From: Squalus acanthias
Lineage: Eukaryota
Assembly: GCA_030390025.1 (NCBI GenBank)
Contig: CM059432.1
Location: forward strand, 43,526,001-43,590,000
Direction of reading: 5' to 3'
Length of the DNA stretch: 64,000 nt
Notes under the pieces: generated by a model
Seen by the model: only the letters and a program-made list of their open reading frames with translations
Told to the model about the DNA's origin: nothing
Databases searched by the model: none
Translations under genes and position numbers: made by a program
Part shown: positions 26,560-39,233 of the stretch, one piece after another
How the letters are laid out: each line of letters begins with the position of its first letter
How positions within the stretch are numbered: position 1 is the stretch's first letter

Positions 26560-27600
26560 GATACTGTCCCAGACGGAACAGCTTCCAGCAGCCTGTTGTT
26601 TATACTAGCAAATTCAATTGACATGACTTTCTCATTGTTAACCTTTCTGGTCATATTAAGTAGATGTTCCATGTGTCAGCAAGAAACAGCTCCTTGGTTT
26701 TCATGATAGACAACATTAAGTCATGCTTTTGGAGCCTTTTGGGTGCACTAAGTAGATTCTTTTTCAAAACACTTTGTGATAACTTTCCACAGAGATTTTG
26801 TTTTCGAAGACTGGCACAAAGTCAGCAGAGTGATTGCTTCACCAGCCCGTTCGCACTGATGTGAGGCTTAAGCGAGCGCCCCACTGCAGCTCGTTGGTCA
26901 GAGAGAGTGGGGGAATCATGCGGTGGCAACCAGCAGATCAGGTGTGTATCATAAACCAAAACTTCGCAACAACAACTCAACCAGATTTACAAGTACATCA
27001 TGAAGTCATCTCTGAAATTCCTTTGGAGCTGGAAAGATGCCAAAAGGCATGCCAGCCATCTGTATCTTCCCAAATGTATTGAAAACGTCAGGAGACTCAA
27101 TTATTCACCCAATCCAGCATGCCAAAAACTATTCTCTACATCCACAATTGTGAATACTTTACTTTCACTAGTTCAGGCAGAACATTATCTGTGCTTTGAA
27201 AAGGGTAATGATTATGTTGAGTGCTTTAATGGCTTTGGATCAATGCACAGGAACACTTCATCATTCCCTTTCATTATCACCATCATTGAAAAGACCAATC
27301 AGTGGGGATACTGACAAGTGCAAGAATATTCCTATCAATAAGCTCATTAATATGCTTCTTGACAAGTTCTTGTGTAAACAGAAACTATGTTAGGTGGGTT
27401 ATTGGGATCAATTTGAAGGTGGAGAGTTCCTTCTAACTTCCCCTCTCCTTTGAAGACATCCTGGTGCTTGGCCACTACATCTTGTTTTGTGAGCGTTGAT
27501 GAATCCTCTATCTTTATAGTGTTTTCATGATTCACTGCCATTAGTTTCATCCATTGAATGACTCTAGTACCTAGAACACAGTCACATTCATTTGAAACTC
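26560..27600 (-). mobile_element. Degraded Gypsy-like LTR retrotransposon pol relic (RT/RNase H)
   Basis: DVFKGEGKLEGTLHLQIDPN, FGKIQM/RWLACL-like RT remnant at about 27040-27130, KKNLLSAPKRLQ and KELFLADT RNase H motifs. Confidence 0.65.
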
Positions 27601-27755
27601 AATACTGTAATTCTGATGTTCTTGGGGTTTTCAGCATTAACTCTCCTGTTTCAGGGCCCTTCTGCAACATTCATGAAAAACTGGACAAAGCATGCATCGT
27701 GCATGTTACGGCAAATTTTTCCAGTTCTGAGGAAGGGTCACAGACCTGAAACCTT

Positions 27756-29231
27756 GGGCTGGATTTTCCGGGGGGTCAGAGGGCGCGATAGGTGGTGGGA
27801 CAAGTGAGAAAGTATTTTTTTTCCCCAGCGGGTCAGGACCTCGCTGTGAACCCATTGCCACGCGCCTTTACCAAATGTCGGGTCTGTCAGTGCTGAGCAG
27901 ACCCGACACGCAACGGCGGGGCAGGCAACTAAAATCATTAGTGGCTTGTTTACAGCCACTTAATAATGTTTTTTTCCCAGCATTTTGGATTTGACAGGTT
28001 GCCCACTGGTTTCCTGCTGTGCCTAGATCTCGTCTGTGAAGCTGAGGCGGGAGGTCAGTGGCCATTGAACCAGCTGATGTGTTGACAGATTCAACTGTCA
28101 AGTCAAAACATCCAGCTGATTGAGAAATGTTCCCTTAACCACTAGCTTCTCTAAACTGCATTTCCATTACAGAGTCAGGATGCTGCAAGTCTTTACACAA
28201 GTCTCCATCCAGTCTGACCTCATTAACTCTCCCACCATTGACAGATCGCTTCTGTCATCTCGACTTCACCTGCCATCTATTCCATCAGCATGGGTGCCCT
28301 TGAAACTCACCCACCTTGGTCCTCAGAATGCCACCACGATCAGCCCCAAAACCAGCATCACCAGGCACACCAGCAACACCAGGCACACCAGCATCACCAG
28401 GCACACCAGCATCACCAGGCACACCAGCAGCACCAGGCACACCAGCAGCACCAACAATAGCACCAACCTTCTCCACAATCAACTGATGCTACACAGGACA
28501 CAGGGCATCAGCACCCGACCACATTGCTGCCTGGGAGGCCAGGGATGGCCTCACCATGGCCAGATTTACTTCACTTGATGCTGTACACCCTGGCTGCTAC
28601 ATGATGCTCCAGGTTGGCACCACCCCACACCAACACCATAAAGCATCCCTACAATGCCCAAGCCATTCCTTTCACACTCATGACCATTGCAGGGGGTACC
28701 GTTATGTCTCACAACTCATTGCAACTCACTAAGCCACTTTCAGGTTCACTAGACTAATCCCTGAGAGAGTTGTCCAATAAGGAGAGATTGAGTAGATTAG
28801 GCCTATACTCTTTGGAATTTAGAAGAATGAGAGGAGATCTCATTGAAACATTCTGAGGGGGAATAGATGCTGAGAAATTGTTTCCCATGGCTGGAGAGTT
28901 CAGAACTAGGGGGCATAGTCTCAGGGTAAGGGGTCGGCCTTTTAAGACTGAGACGAGAAGGAACTTCTTCACTCAGAGAGTTGTGAATCTTTTGAATTCT
29001 CTGCCCCAAAGGGCTGTGGATGCTCAGTCATTGAGTATATTAAGATTGAGAGAGATAGATTTTTGGATTGTAGGGGAATCTAGGGATATGGGGATAGGGC
29101 AGGAAAGTGGTGTTGAGGTCGTAGATCAGCCGTGATCATATTGAATGGCCGGGATGGAGACCGCAGCGGGGTCGGGACCCGCCACCGACGTCGCCCGCCA
29201 TGGACGCGCCAAGCTTCATAAAATCCAGCCC
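27756..29231 (+). mobile_element. Non-autonomous Harbinger deletion derivative, copy 1 (contains CR1 3' fragment at about 28755-29150)
   Basis: Perfect 12-bp TIR GGGCTGGATTTT / AAAATCCAGCCC, flanks CTT/GTT; interior homologous to 36645-39233 and 51424-53190. Confidence 0.85.
28359..28448 (+). repeat. 18-bp tandem repeat x5 (CACCAGGCACACCAGCAN)
   Basis: Directly visible; a single unit is present in the sibling copies. Confidence 0.85.
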
Positions 29232-30329
29232 GTTAACTCTGTTTCTCTCTCCACAGATGCTGCCTGACCTGCTGAGTATTTCCAGCATTTTCTCTTTTTA
29301 TTTCAGATTTCCAGCATCGGCAGTATTTTGCTTTTGTTTCCAGTTCTGCAATGGTCTAACCAGTGGTCTTAAAGGGCGGGAGGACATCGAAGAAATGGTC
29401 GTTTTTTTTCAACTTCTCCACCTGTTGAGCCGGGAGGAAGCGGAGTGCTCCTCGTGGCTCCACAGCACTACTGCGGGCCGCCACCAGAGAAGTGCACAAA
29501 GCAGAAAACTCTGGCCAGAAGTGCAGCAGAAACATTGTATTCACCTGCAAATGGAGTTCCGCTGCACTTCTAGTGAAATAACGCTGGTAGAGTGGGAGCA
29601 GCTCTGAGGAAATTCCTGGCCTTTATGTTTCACAGCACTAACGATCTGCAACATTAACAAAAAATTAAAACTATGTGAATATAACTAATAAGTGAATTAA
29701 ATATCTGGAGTTTTCAATGAGCAATCACAAAAATTGGTGGTTTTCATTTTTACATCCGTGAGCTTTGATATAAACACAATCAAATATGAGAAGAAGAAAA
29801 CAAAGAAGTACTACAGGGTTGCAAAAGCAGTGTATCTAAAGTCACTGATGTGTGATGCTGTATATTTTGTGTATGGCTCCTGCTACAAACTGTACAGCTG
29901 TCTCATAGGGCAACGGATATTTCAAAGCCTGCAGACTGTATATGATAGATAGGCAAGCATAGTACAAGCCATAAATCGCATTTAAAACAACAATAACAGC
30001 CATCTTCAGCTGAAGGTGTTTTTGTAGATACAACCCCACACAAGCAATATCAATACATAAAGTAAAAGACCAGAAAGCTGTACATTTATATAATCATTAA
30101 GGTTAGTTTAAATCAAGTTATACCTATGATAGAGGAATCCATTTCCACATGTCTAGACTCATATACAGCAGCCATGCAAATAAAGTACATCTCCCGCACC
30201 AATGATATATTTGTTCTGAAAGATATGCTTTTGACACTTCCATGATTTGCACAATAGTACTAGTTTTCACGCAAAATGTTTAATATTTAAAGGGATATTG
30301 CTTTTGTTTTTTTTGTTTTGTTTGGGGAG

Positions 30330-30680
30330 GACGAGGAGTTTTGATAGAGTAGGTAGGGAGAAACTTTTTCCACTGGCAGGAGGGTCAGTAAACAGAGGAC
30401 ATAGATTTAAGATAATTGGCAAAAAAAAGCCATAGGGGAGATGAGGAGAAATCTTTTTACTCAGCTAGTTGTTGTGATCTGGAGTGCATTGCCTGGGGGG
30501 TGGTGGAAGCGGATTTGGTGGTGGCTTTCAAAAGGGTTTTGGATATATACTTGAAAAGGAAAAATTTTCAGGGCTATGGGGAAAGAGCTGGGGAATGAGA
30601 CTAATTGGATAGCTCTTTCAGAGAGCTGGCACAGGAACGATGGGCCGAATGGCCTCCTTCTGTTCTGTTGGATTCTATGA
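30330..30680 (+). mobile_element. CR1 3' fragment
   Basis: LFPLAGGSVNRGHRFKIIG motif; gattctatga tail. Confidence 0.8.
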
Positions 30681-30883
30681 TAGGGTAAAAAAAAGGAGCC
30701 TTTTGTCATTTTACCTGACATCAAGCACAAATGATAAAATGATACATGAGATGCATTTTATATTGTAGTGTATGTTGGTGAGCAAATGAAGAAACTTCCC
30801 GAAAACACATTGCACACGCCATTATAGTGTCAGAAAGATTAAATAGTAAATTACTTTTTTCAAACAGTAGAAGTTTTTATCTG

Positions 30884-31615
30884 ATCATAGAATCATAGGA
30901 ATTAATGGCACAGAAGGAGGCCATTCAACCCATCATGCCTGTGCCGGCCAAAAAAGAGCTATCCAGCCTAATCCTACTTTCCAGCTCTTGGTCCGTAGCC
31001 TTGTAGGTTACGGCACCTCAAGTGCATAACCAAGTACTTTTAAAATGTGATGAGGGTTTCTGCCTCTACCACCCTTTCAGTCAGTGAGTTCCAGACCCCC
31101 ACCACCCTCTGGGTGAAAAAAGTACTCTTCAACTCCCCTCTAATCCTTCTACCAATTACTTTAAATCTATGCCCCCTGGTTATTGACCTCTCTGCTAAGG
31201 GAAATAGGTCCTTCCCATCCACTCTATCAAGGTCCCTCATAATTTTATGCACCTCAATTAAGTCTCCCCTCAGGCTCCTCTGTTCCAAAGAAAGCAGACC
31301 CAACCTATCCAATCTTTCCTCACAGCTAAAATTCTCCAGTCCTGGCAACATCCTCATAAATCTAGTGCAATCACATCTTTCCTGTACTGTGGTGACCAGA
31401 CCAGCACTATAGCTGTGGCCCAACTAGTGTTTTATACAGTTCAAGCATAACCTCCCTGCTTTTATGTTCTATGCCTCGGCTAATAAAGGAAAGTATCCCA
31501 TATGCCTTTCTAACCACCTTATCTACCTGTCCTGCTATCTTGAAGGATCTGTGGACATGCACTCCAAGGTCCCTCTGTTCCTCTACACTTCTCAGTATCC
31601 TGCCATTTATTGTGT
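30884..31615 (-). mobile_element. CR1 3' fragment
   Basis: EQRDLGVHVH...ERLDRLGLLSLEQRSLRGDLIEV...FFTQRVVGVWNSL; tail atcatagaatcatag on +. Confidence 0.9.
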
Positions 31616-32021
31616 AATACATGCTGATGTTAATCTAAATAAATCAGTGGTGCTAAGATTTTATTCAAACAAAGGTGAAATGTTTTAAGCAACTTCAAAT
31701 GTCTCTTGCAACAAGTGGGAATCCCTCTCTGAGTAACAGAAGGTGAACCCTTGGGGGTAATTTTTACCCCCAGAAACGGGTGGGTTTGGGTCGGGTGGGA
31801 TGCTGAAATGTAAAAAATCTCAAACCCAAACCCAACCCACCTCGAATCTGTCCACTTCTGGTTTTAACGGTGGTGGGATGGGAGGCAGGCAACCAACCCG
31901 CTCCCAGGAGGGTCGCTCATTTAAATATTTGAATGAGGCTGTGTGCCTCAGATTTCATCCGTGTTTCAGGCTTAACGCTGGTCGGCCGGGTTTTCCGGGC
32001 CTTGCGAAACCCGGCAGCTAA

Positions 32022-34538
32022 ATGGAGGCGAGGACTGCTACATGGAAGAGGGAAGTGCTTTTCCATCACTGCTTGTGGGCCAGGAGGAGTATCAATCAGG
32101 AAATAGTTGAGGCATGTAATAAGGGAACATCTATAATTATGGGGGATTTTAACTATCATATTAATTGGACAAATCAAATGGGGCAGGGCTGCCTTGAGGA
32201 TGAGTTCATTGAGTGTATTAGGGATGGGTTTCTTGAGCAGTATGTAACTGAACCGACCAGGGGGCAAGCAACCTTAGATCTGGTCCTGTGTAACGAGACA
32301 GGATTAATTAAAAATGTCCTAGTAAAGGATCCCCTTGGAATGAGTGACCATAACATGGTTGAATTCCATATTCAATTAGAGGGTGAGAAGGTTGGATCTC
32401 AAACAAGCGTGCTAAGCTTGAATAAAGGAGACTATGAAGGTATGCGAGCGGAATTGAGTAGAGTGGATTGGGAAAATAGATTAAAGGGTAAGACGACACA
32501 TGATCAGTGGTGTACATTCAAGGAGTTATTTTACAACTTCCAAAAAAAATATATTCCACTGAAAAGAAAAGGGTGTAAAAGAAAGGACAGTCATCCGTGG
32601 CTAAGTAAAGAAATTAAGGATAGTATTCGACTAAAAACAAGGGCATATAAGGTAGCGAAATCTAGTGGGAGGACAGAGGATTGGGAAAACTTTAAAAGGC
32701 AGCAAAAAATAACAAAAAGATTGATTAAGAAAGGGAAGATAGATTATGAAAGTAAATTAGCAAAAAATATAAAAACAGATAGTAAGAGTTTTTATAGTTA
32801 TATAAAAAGAAAAAGGGTGGCTAAAGTAAATGTTGGTCCCTTAGAGGATGAGACCGGGAAATTAATGGTGGGAAATATGGAGATGGCAAAAACACTGAAT
32901 GAATATTTTGTATCAGTCTTTACAGTAGAGGACACTAAGAATATCCCAACACTGGACAAACAGGGGGCTATAGGGGGAGAGGAGCTAAACACGATCAAAA
33001 TCACTAAGGAAGTGGTACTCGGTAAAATAATGGGACTCAAGGCGGATAAATCACCTGGACCTGATGGCTTACATCCTAGAGTCTTGAAGGAAGTGGCGGT
33101 AGGGATTGTAGATGCATTGGTAATAATTTTTCAAAACTCCCTGGATTCCGCTAAGGTCCCGGCAGACTGGAAAACTGCTAATGTAACACCCTTATTTAAA
33201 AAGGGCAGTAGACAGAAGGCTGGTAACTATAGACCGGTTAGCCTAACATCTGTGGTAGGTAAAATTTTGGAGTCCATTATTAAGGAAACAGTAACAGGAC
33301 ATTTGGATAATCATAATTTAATAGGACAAAGTCAGCATGGTTTTACGAAGGGGAAGTCATGTTTGACAAATTTGCTGGAGTTCTTTGAGGAAGTAACATA
33401 TAGAGTGGATAAAGGGGAACCAGTGGACGTAGTGTATTTAGACTTCCAAAAGGCATTTGACAAGGTGCCACACAAAAGATTATTGCTTAAGATAAAAAAT
33501 CACGGGATTGGGGGTAATATTCTGGCATGGATAGAGGATTGGCTATCTAACAGAAAGCAAAGAGTTGGGATAAATGGTTCATTCTCAGACTGGCAATCAG
33601 TAACTAGTGGTGTTCCACAGGGGTCAGTGCTGGGTCCCCAACTCTTCACAATCTATATTAACGATTTGGAGGAAGGGACCAAGTGTAACATATCAAAATT
33701 TGCAGATGATACAAAGATGGGAGGGAAAGTAGTGAGTGAGGAGGACATAAAAAACCTGCAAGGGGACATAGACAGGCTAAGTAAGTGGGCAGAGATTTGG
33801 CAGATGGAATACAACACTGGAAAGTGTGAGGTGATGCACTTTGGCAGGAAAAATCCTAGAGCAATTTATTATCTTAATGGCAAGAAACTGGAGAGTACTG
33901 AAGTGCAAAGGGATCTGGGGGTCCTGGTGCACGAAACTCAAAAGGTTAGTATGCAGGTGCAGCAAGTGATTAAGAAGGCAAATGGAATGTTGGCTTTCAT
34001 TGCTAGGGGGATAGAATATAAAAATAGGGAGGTATTGCTTCAGTTGTACAAGGTATTGGTGAGACCGCACCTGGAATACTGCATACAGTTTTGGTGTCCT
34101 TACTTAAGGAAAGACATCCTTGCTCTCGAGGCAGTGCAAAAAAGGTTCACTCGGTTAATCCCGGGGATGAGGGGGTGGTCATATGAGGAGAGGTTGGGTA
34201 GATTGGGACTCTACTCATTAGAGTTCAGAAGAATGAGAGGCGATCTTATTGAAACATATAAGATTGTGAAGGGGTTGGATCGGGTGGATGCGGGGAGGAT
34301 GTTCCCGATGACGGGTGAGACGAGAACTAGGGGACATAGTCTTAGAATAAGGGGCTGCTCTTTCAAAACTGAGATGAGGAGGAACTACTTCACTCAGAGG
34401 GTGGTAGGTCCATGGAATATGCTGCCACAAAAAGCTGTAGAAGCTACAACATTAATTAAATTTAAAACAGAAATAGACAGTTTCCTAGAAGTAAAGGGCA
34501 TTAAGGGTTACGGGGAGCGGGCAGGAATTTGGACATGA
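32022..34538 (+). CDS. CR1 ORF2 (partial APE endonuclease plus complete RT), uninterrupted 838 aa; first ~23 codons come from the flanking MITE
   Basis: [56 protein letters not shown] motifs with no stops. Confidence 0.9.
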   Translation: MEARTATWKREVLFHHCLWARRSINQEIVEACNKGTSIIMGDFNYHINWTNQMGQGCLEDEFIECIRDGFLEQYVTEPTRGQATLDLVLCNETGLIKNVLVKDPLGMSDHNMVEFHIQLEGEKVGSQTSVLSLNKGDYEGMRAELSRVDWENRLKGKTTHDQWCTFKELFYNFQKKYIPLKRKGCKRKDSHPWLSKEIKDSIRLKTRAYKVAKSSGRTEDWENFKRQQKITKRLIKKGKIDYESKLAKNIKTDSKSFYSYIKRKRVAKVNVGPLEDETGKLMVGNMEMAKTLNEYFVSVFTVEDTKNIPTLDKQGAIGGEELNTIKITKEVVLGKIMGLKADKSPGPDGLHPRVLKEVAVGIVDALVIIFQNSLDSAKVPADWKTANVTPLFKKGSRQKAGNYRPVSLTSVVGKILESIIKETVTGHLDNHNLIGQSQHGFTKGKSCLTNLLEFFEEVTYRVDKGEPVDVVYLDFQKAFDKVPHKRLLLKIKNHGIGGNILAWIEDWLSNRKQRVGINGSFSDWQSVTSGVPQGSVLGPQLFTIYINDLEEGTKCNISKFADDTKMGGKVVSEEDIKNLQGDIDRLSKWAEIWQMEYNTGKCEVMHFGRKNPRAIYYLNGKKLESTEVQRDLGVLVHETQKVSMQVQQVIKKANGMLAFIARGIEYKNREVLLQLYKVLVRPHLEYCIQFWCPYLRKDILALEAVQKRFTRLIPGMRGWSYEERLGRLGLYSLEFRRMRGDLIETYKIVKGLDRVDAGRMFPMTGETRTRGHSLRIRGCSFKTEMRRNYFTQRVVGPWNMLPQKAVEATTLIKFKTEIDSFLEVKGIKGYGERAGIWT

Positions 34539-34776
34539 GTCTAGGTTCGGATCGGTCATGGCCCTGTGGGTAGTGGAGCGGGCCCAGGGACTGTGTAGCC
34601 TGATTCTGCTCCTATTTCGTGTGTGCAATTCTGTTAGATGCAGGAGATGGTTCTGTGATAGATAGTAGATTGGCGGTTAGGATCAGATCAGCCATGATCT
34701 TATTGAATGGCGGAGCAGGCTCGAGGGGCCGATTGGCCTACTCCTGCTCCTATTTCTTATGTTCTTATGTTCTTAA
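32090..34776 (+). mobile_element. Young 5'-truncated CR1 LINE
   Basis: Homology begins mid-endonuclease; 3' tail (tatgttct)n; possible AGT TSD. Confidence 0.92.
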
Positions 34777-35742
34777 GTGCTTCCCCCCAACCCCCCGGGC
34801 AAAACCTGTTTCCCACTCCACACGATCGGACCACCCCTCGCGATCGGAACCCCACTCGATCACCGACACCCCCAACCTCCCATCTCTGCCCCCAATCTTT
34901 CTCTGACACCTCGCAATCACCCACCCCCGACCCTCCAAACCACGCTGTACCAACCCTCCCCGTCACAACCTTTAACCTGAGCAGCAGGAAACCTACCTGC
35001 TCCTGGGCTGCTGCCTCTTCTGCAGCGCTCCCTGCCCGACAGGGAGCCAAGCCTGTCAATCAGGTTGACCTCCGGGTGGGAAACCTGTAAAAAAAAAATG
35101 CACACTGTGGAGTTAACACTCCATGGTCCTGACCAGAACTCCTCCCCCAGCCCGGCTTGGAAATAATGCCCCAGTAAGTATTTGGGCCTTCGTGTTTAAT
35201 CCTTCCTACTTTTCGAAGACATAATAGGGCCGATTTTCCTCTTTTCCCATATGTTAGGTAAATGACAGGTGCAGCACACCTGAAGTGCGCTGTGCCGTGC
35301 TTGTAAAGGCCTCCATTCATCTGATCTCGCTTTCCCAAGCCAGTAGTGTTGTTTAGATGTATTTCCAATGCAGGCCCACCTCTTGGCAAGGCCTTGCACC
35401 AGGAACCAGGGGTGGGCACAGGACCACAGCTGCAGACTTAAGAGGTCTTCTGCTGCTTCCTGGCCTCCAGCCTTGGGCATTCTGGCTGCTCGAAGGCCAC
35501 AAAGCTTGAAGGTTCCATTGGGGAAAGTCCAAAGATTACTTACATCATGATATGCCACCAATTCTTGGGCGTATTCCCCGCATCTCCTCAGGGCCTCCGA
35601 TCTGAGGAAGGACCCAGCGCAAAACCCACCGTGAGCTTCTTAGGGTGCTCTCACGTGTGTTGTCTGGGCGTAAAGGTGGGAGGGCCCTTCCACCTCATTT
35701 CTCTTGCCCCAGAAATCTCAGGGCAATATATAAGAGAAGGAG

Positions 35743-36166
35743 CTCGAGGAACAGCACCTCATCTTTCAATTAGGCACTTTACAGCCTTGTGGACTCAACA
35801 TCGAGTTCAACAATTTCAGACCATAACCTCACATTGCAGCTGTCGATCATTCTGCCATTGCCATTTACACTTCATCTAGAGTCATCTTTTGTTTCTTAAC
35901 TTGTCCCATCACCATCTCCTTTTGCCTTGCACCATCATCCCTTTTGTCTCTTAATCTCTCCTGCCTTCCATCCTATCTCAGACCTTCCCTTTTGTTCTTT
36001 CCTCCCCTCCCCCCTCTCCCTGCCCCTACACTTGCATAAAATCTGTTATATCTCTAACTTTTTCCAGTTCTGGCGAAAGGTCATTGACCTGAAACGTTAA
36101 CTCTGTTTCTCTCTCCACAGATGCTGCCTGACCTGCTGAGTATTTCCAGCATTTTCTGTTTTTATT
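35743..36166 (+). mobile_element. PLE 3' end (ORF C-terminus plus terminal repeat)
   Basis: EEQHLIFQLGTLQPCGLNIEFNNFRP* followed by a pyrimidine-rich UTR and the hammerhead-bearing repeat. Confidence 0.85.
36066..36102 (+). ncRNA. Minimal type I hammerhead ribozyme motif (core A6 mutated to G)
   Basis: AGTT-CTGGCGA-A-AGGTC(ATT)GACCT-GAAAC-GTT-AACT. Confidence 0.65.
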
Positions 36167-36644
36167 ATAAGAGAAGGCGACCTGACATAACAGGTCTCCA
36201 TCCCTTTTTTCTCTCCATCACACCTGGGAACTGAGGAGTAGAAATTCAGGTGTGCCCTCTTATTAATCCCTGTGCTTGAATGGTGCCACCCAAGGCGCCC
36301 TCGATATTGATCCTCGGGCCTCATTTCCATCAAGTTGGCGAGGCATGAAAAGCCTGCCGGTGAAGAATGATCGAAGATTCGGCTCCTGCTGGCGCCACAG
36401 CAGCAAAGGTCAGGAGATCGGTGGCTGGAGTGGGGTTCAAGGGACCAGAGGCTAAAGGAATCACCCCTGGTCTTCCGGCTCCACGTTCAGGTATTATATA
36501 TATCTTGTTGGTAACAGTCGGTCCCAAGATTTTTTTTTTTTTGAGTGCAGCTGTTACTGGTGCCGGCTTCCTCAGGGGAAAACAATCTTGGACTGGGAGT
36601 CTCAAACAGGTGTGAGGCCCTTATTTACATATGAAAAAGGCCTA

Positions 36645-39233
36645 AAGGGAAAGTTGTTATTTTTGGGAGTGGGTCGGGAACCCACTGCCATCCCACTTCC
36701 ACACGCCTTTCCCCCAGGCGCGTCTGTCAGCGTGGACCCGACCTGACCGGCAATGGCGGGCAACCCAATTTAAATTATTAGTAGCTAGTTGTCAAACCCT
36801 TAAGAGTGGTTTTAACCTTACCTTTACATTTAACTGGATGGCCACTGGAAACATGTTGCTCAGGAACCACGTCTGTCAACCTGAGGCTGGAGTTCAGTGG
36901 TCATTGCTCCAGCTGATTATTTGACAGCATCAAATGCTCCATTGACAGATTGCTTCTGGCATCTCTACTTCACCTGCCATCTATTCCATCAGCATGGATG
37001 CCGTTTATACTGTCTCACCTTGGTCCTCAGAATCTGACCACGATGAGCCCCAACACCAGCAGCACCAGGCACACCAGCAGTACCAACAACAATACCACCA
37101 ACCTTCTCCGCAATCACCTGATGCTCCACAGGACACAGGGCATCAGCACCCGAACACATTACTGCCCGGGAGGCCAGGGATGGCCTCATCATGGCCAGAT
37201 TTACTTTACTTCACTTGACGCTGTACACCCATATGGCTGCCACATGATGCGCCAGGTTGGCACCAACCCACACCAACACCATAAAGCATCCCTACAATGA
37301 CCAAACCATTCCTTTCACACTCACCACTATTGCTGGAGGTACCGTTATATCTCACCATTCACTGCAACTCACTAAGCCACTTACAAAGATGCACACAAAT
37401 CTGCCCAAGACCGAAAATGTTGAAAATAAAGATTTTTATGTTTGACTGTACATTAACGGAAACTTTACATAAACATTGGATAAAACACCCAAGTGGCCTC
37501 CTTATGTGTTGTTAGTTGGTATGATTGCACTAGAATGAGGGTGAGTGTAAGGGGTGGCTAGTGAGATGGGGATGTGATAATGTAGATAGAGAGCGAGGGA
37601 TGGGTGGAGGTGCAAGGTATGTTGGTGTGAATAAGGCTGTGCAGGGGTAGAGTTGGATAGGCAGAGTGATGGGGATGTGATGAGAGGCACAGCAGGATGA
37701 AGGTGAGTGTGGCTTTGTACTCACATTTCCTGATCTAATGAGATCATTGAAACATTTACAGCACTGCACCCAGGTCCTCCTGACCACATCCCTGCTCTAA
37801 GCTTATGGAGGGAGTCATCGGAGAACCTGGGTGCAGCCCTCTGCCTCTGTGCAGTCATTGTCAGTGTTTGCAGCACTCCAATGCTGTAGTACACTGACAG
37901 CACGATGTTACATTGACATTTACATTGACAACAGCAGAGGGTAAGGGTTGATGGGTGTTTTTGTGACTGGAAGGCTGTTTCCAATGGGGTTCCGCAGGGC
38001 TCAGTACTAGGTACCTTGCTTTTTGTGGTATATATCAATGATCTAGACTTGAATATAGGGGGTATGATTAAGAAGTTTGCAGATGATACGAAAATCGGCT
38101 GTTGATACCGAAGAAGGAAGCTGTAGACTGCAGGAAGATACCAATAAATTGGTCAGGTGGGCAGAACAGTGGCAAATGGAATTCAATCAGAGAAGTGTGA
38201 GGTAATGCATTTGGGGAGGGCTAACAAGGAAAGGGAATACACATTAAATGGTAGGACACTGAGTAGTGTAGAGGAACAAAGGGACCTTGAAGTGCATGTC
38301 CACAGATCCCTGAAGGTAGCGGGCCAGGTAGATAAGGTGGTTAAGAAGGCATACGGAATGCTTGCCTTTATTAGCCGTGGCACAGAATACAAGAGCAGGG
38401 GGGGTTATGCTTCAACTGTATAAAACACTAGTTAGGCCTCAGCTAGAGTATTGCGTGCAGTTCTGGTCACCACATTACAGGAAAGATGTGATTGCACTAG
38501 AGAGGGTACAGAGGAGATTTACAAGGATGTTGCCGGGAGTAGAGAATCTTAGCTATGAGGAAAGACTGGATAGGCTGGGTTTGTTTTCCTTGGAACAGAG
38601 GAGGCTGAGGGGAGACCTTATTGAGGTGTATAAAATTATGAGGGGCCTAGATAAAGTGGATAGAAAGGGCCTATTTCCCTTAGCAGAGGGGTCAAAAACC
38701 AGGGGGCACAGATTTAAAGTAATTGGTGGATGGTTTAGAGGGGATTTGAGGGGAAATGTCTTCACCCAGAGGGTTGTGGGGGTCTGGAACTCGCTGCCTG
38801 AAAGGGTGGTAGAGGCAGGAACCCTAACTACATTTAAAAAGTACTTGGATGTGCACTTGGGATGCTGTAACCTGCAGGGATACGGACCAAGAGCTGGGAA
38901 GTGGGATTAGGTGGGATAGCTCTTTGTTGGCCGGCGCGGACACGATGGTCCGAAATGGCCTCCTTCCGTGCTGTAACTTTCTATGATTCTATGATTCCAT
39001 GATTTAAATCCAATGTGGTCATGGCCCCTTTAAAGATCCCAGCTGAAAACACGTCATTGATGATGTCACCAGGCCCGCACCATTTAATTGGGCTGGGTAA
39101 TGCGCAGGACGGGCTTAATAGACCCTATTAAGGAAAGTCATTTTTAGCAGCGGGATGGAGCCAGCAACGGGGTCGTGACCCGCCATGGCCACCGCCCGCA
39201 CCGGACCTGCCCAGGTAGGCAAAATTCCAGCCC
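36645..39233 (+). mobile_element. Non-autonomous Harbinger deletion derivative, copy 2, interrupted by CR1
   Basis: Homologous to 27756-29231 and 51424-53190; Myb exon-1 relic RRTWVQCCKCFNDLIRSG on minus strand; right TIR aaaattccagccc. Confidence 0.8.
37933..39002 (+). mobile_element. CR1 3' fragment
   Basis: [16 protein letters not shown] through the C-terminus; (ttctatga)n tail; same subfamily as 56758-58603. Confidence 0.9.

Larger units (their letters stand above)
27710..29340 (+). mobile_element. PLE terminal repeat with hammerhead motif, split by a Harbinger derivative
   Basis: Left half agttCTGAGGAagggtcacagacctGAAAC (27723-27752); right half gttaactctgtttctctctccacagatgctg (from 29232). 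Confidence 0.8.
31753..35172. mobile_element. Harbinger-type MITE hosting the young CR1 insertion
   Basis: GC-rich element starting gggggtaattttt, resumes after the CR1 tail; right end approximate. Confidence 0.5.

Noticed and set aside
28285..28482. Collagen/elastin-like ORF (GVPGDA repeats)
   Set aside because: It is the antisense reading of the 18-bp repeat inside a Harbinger derivative.
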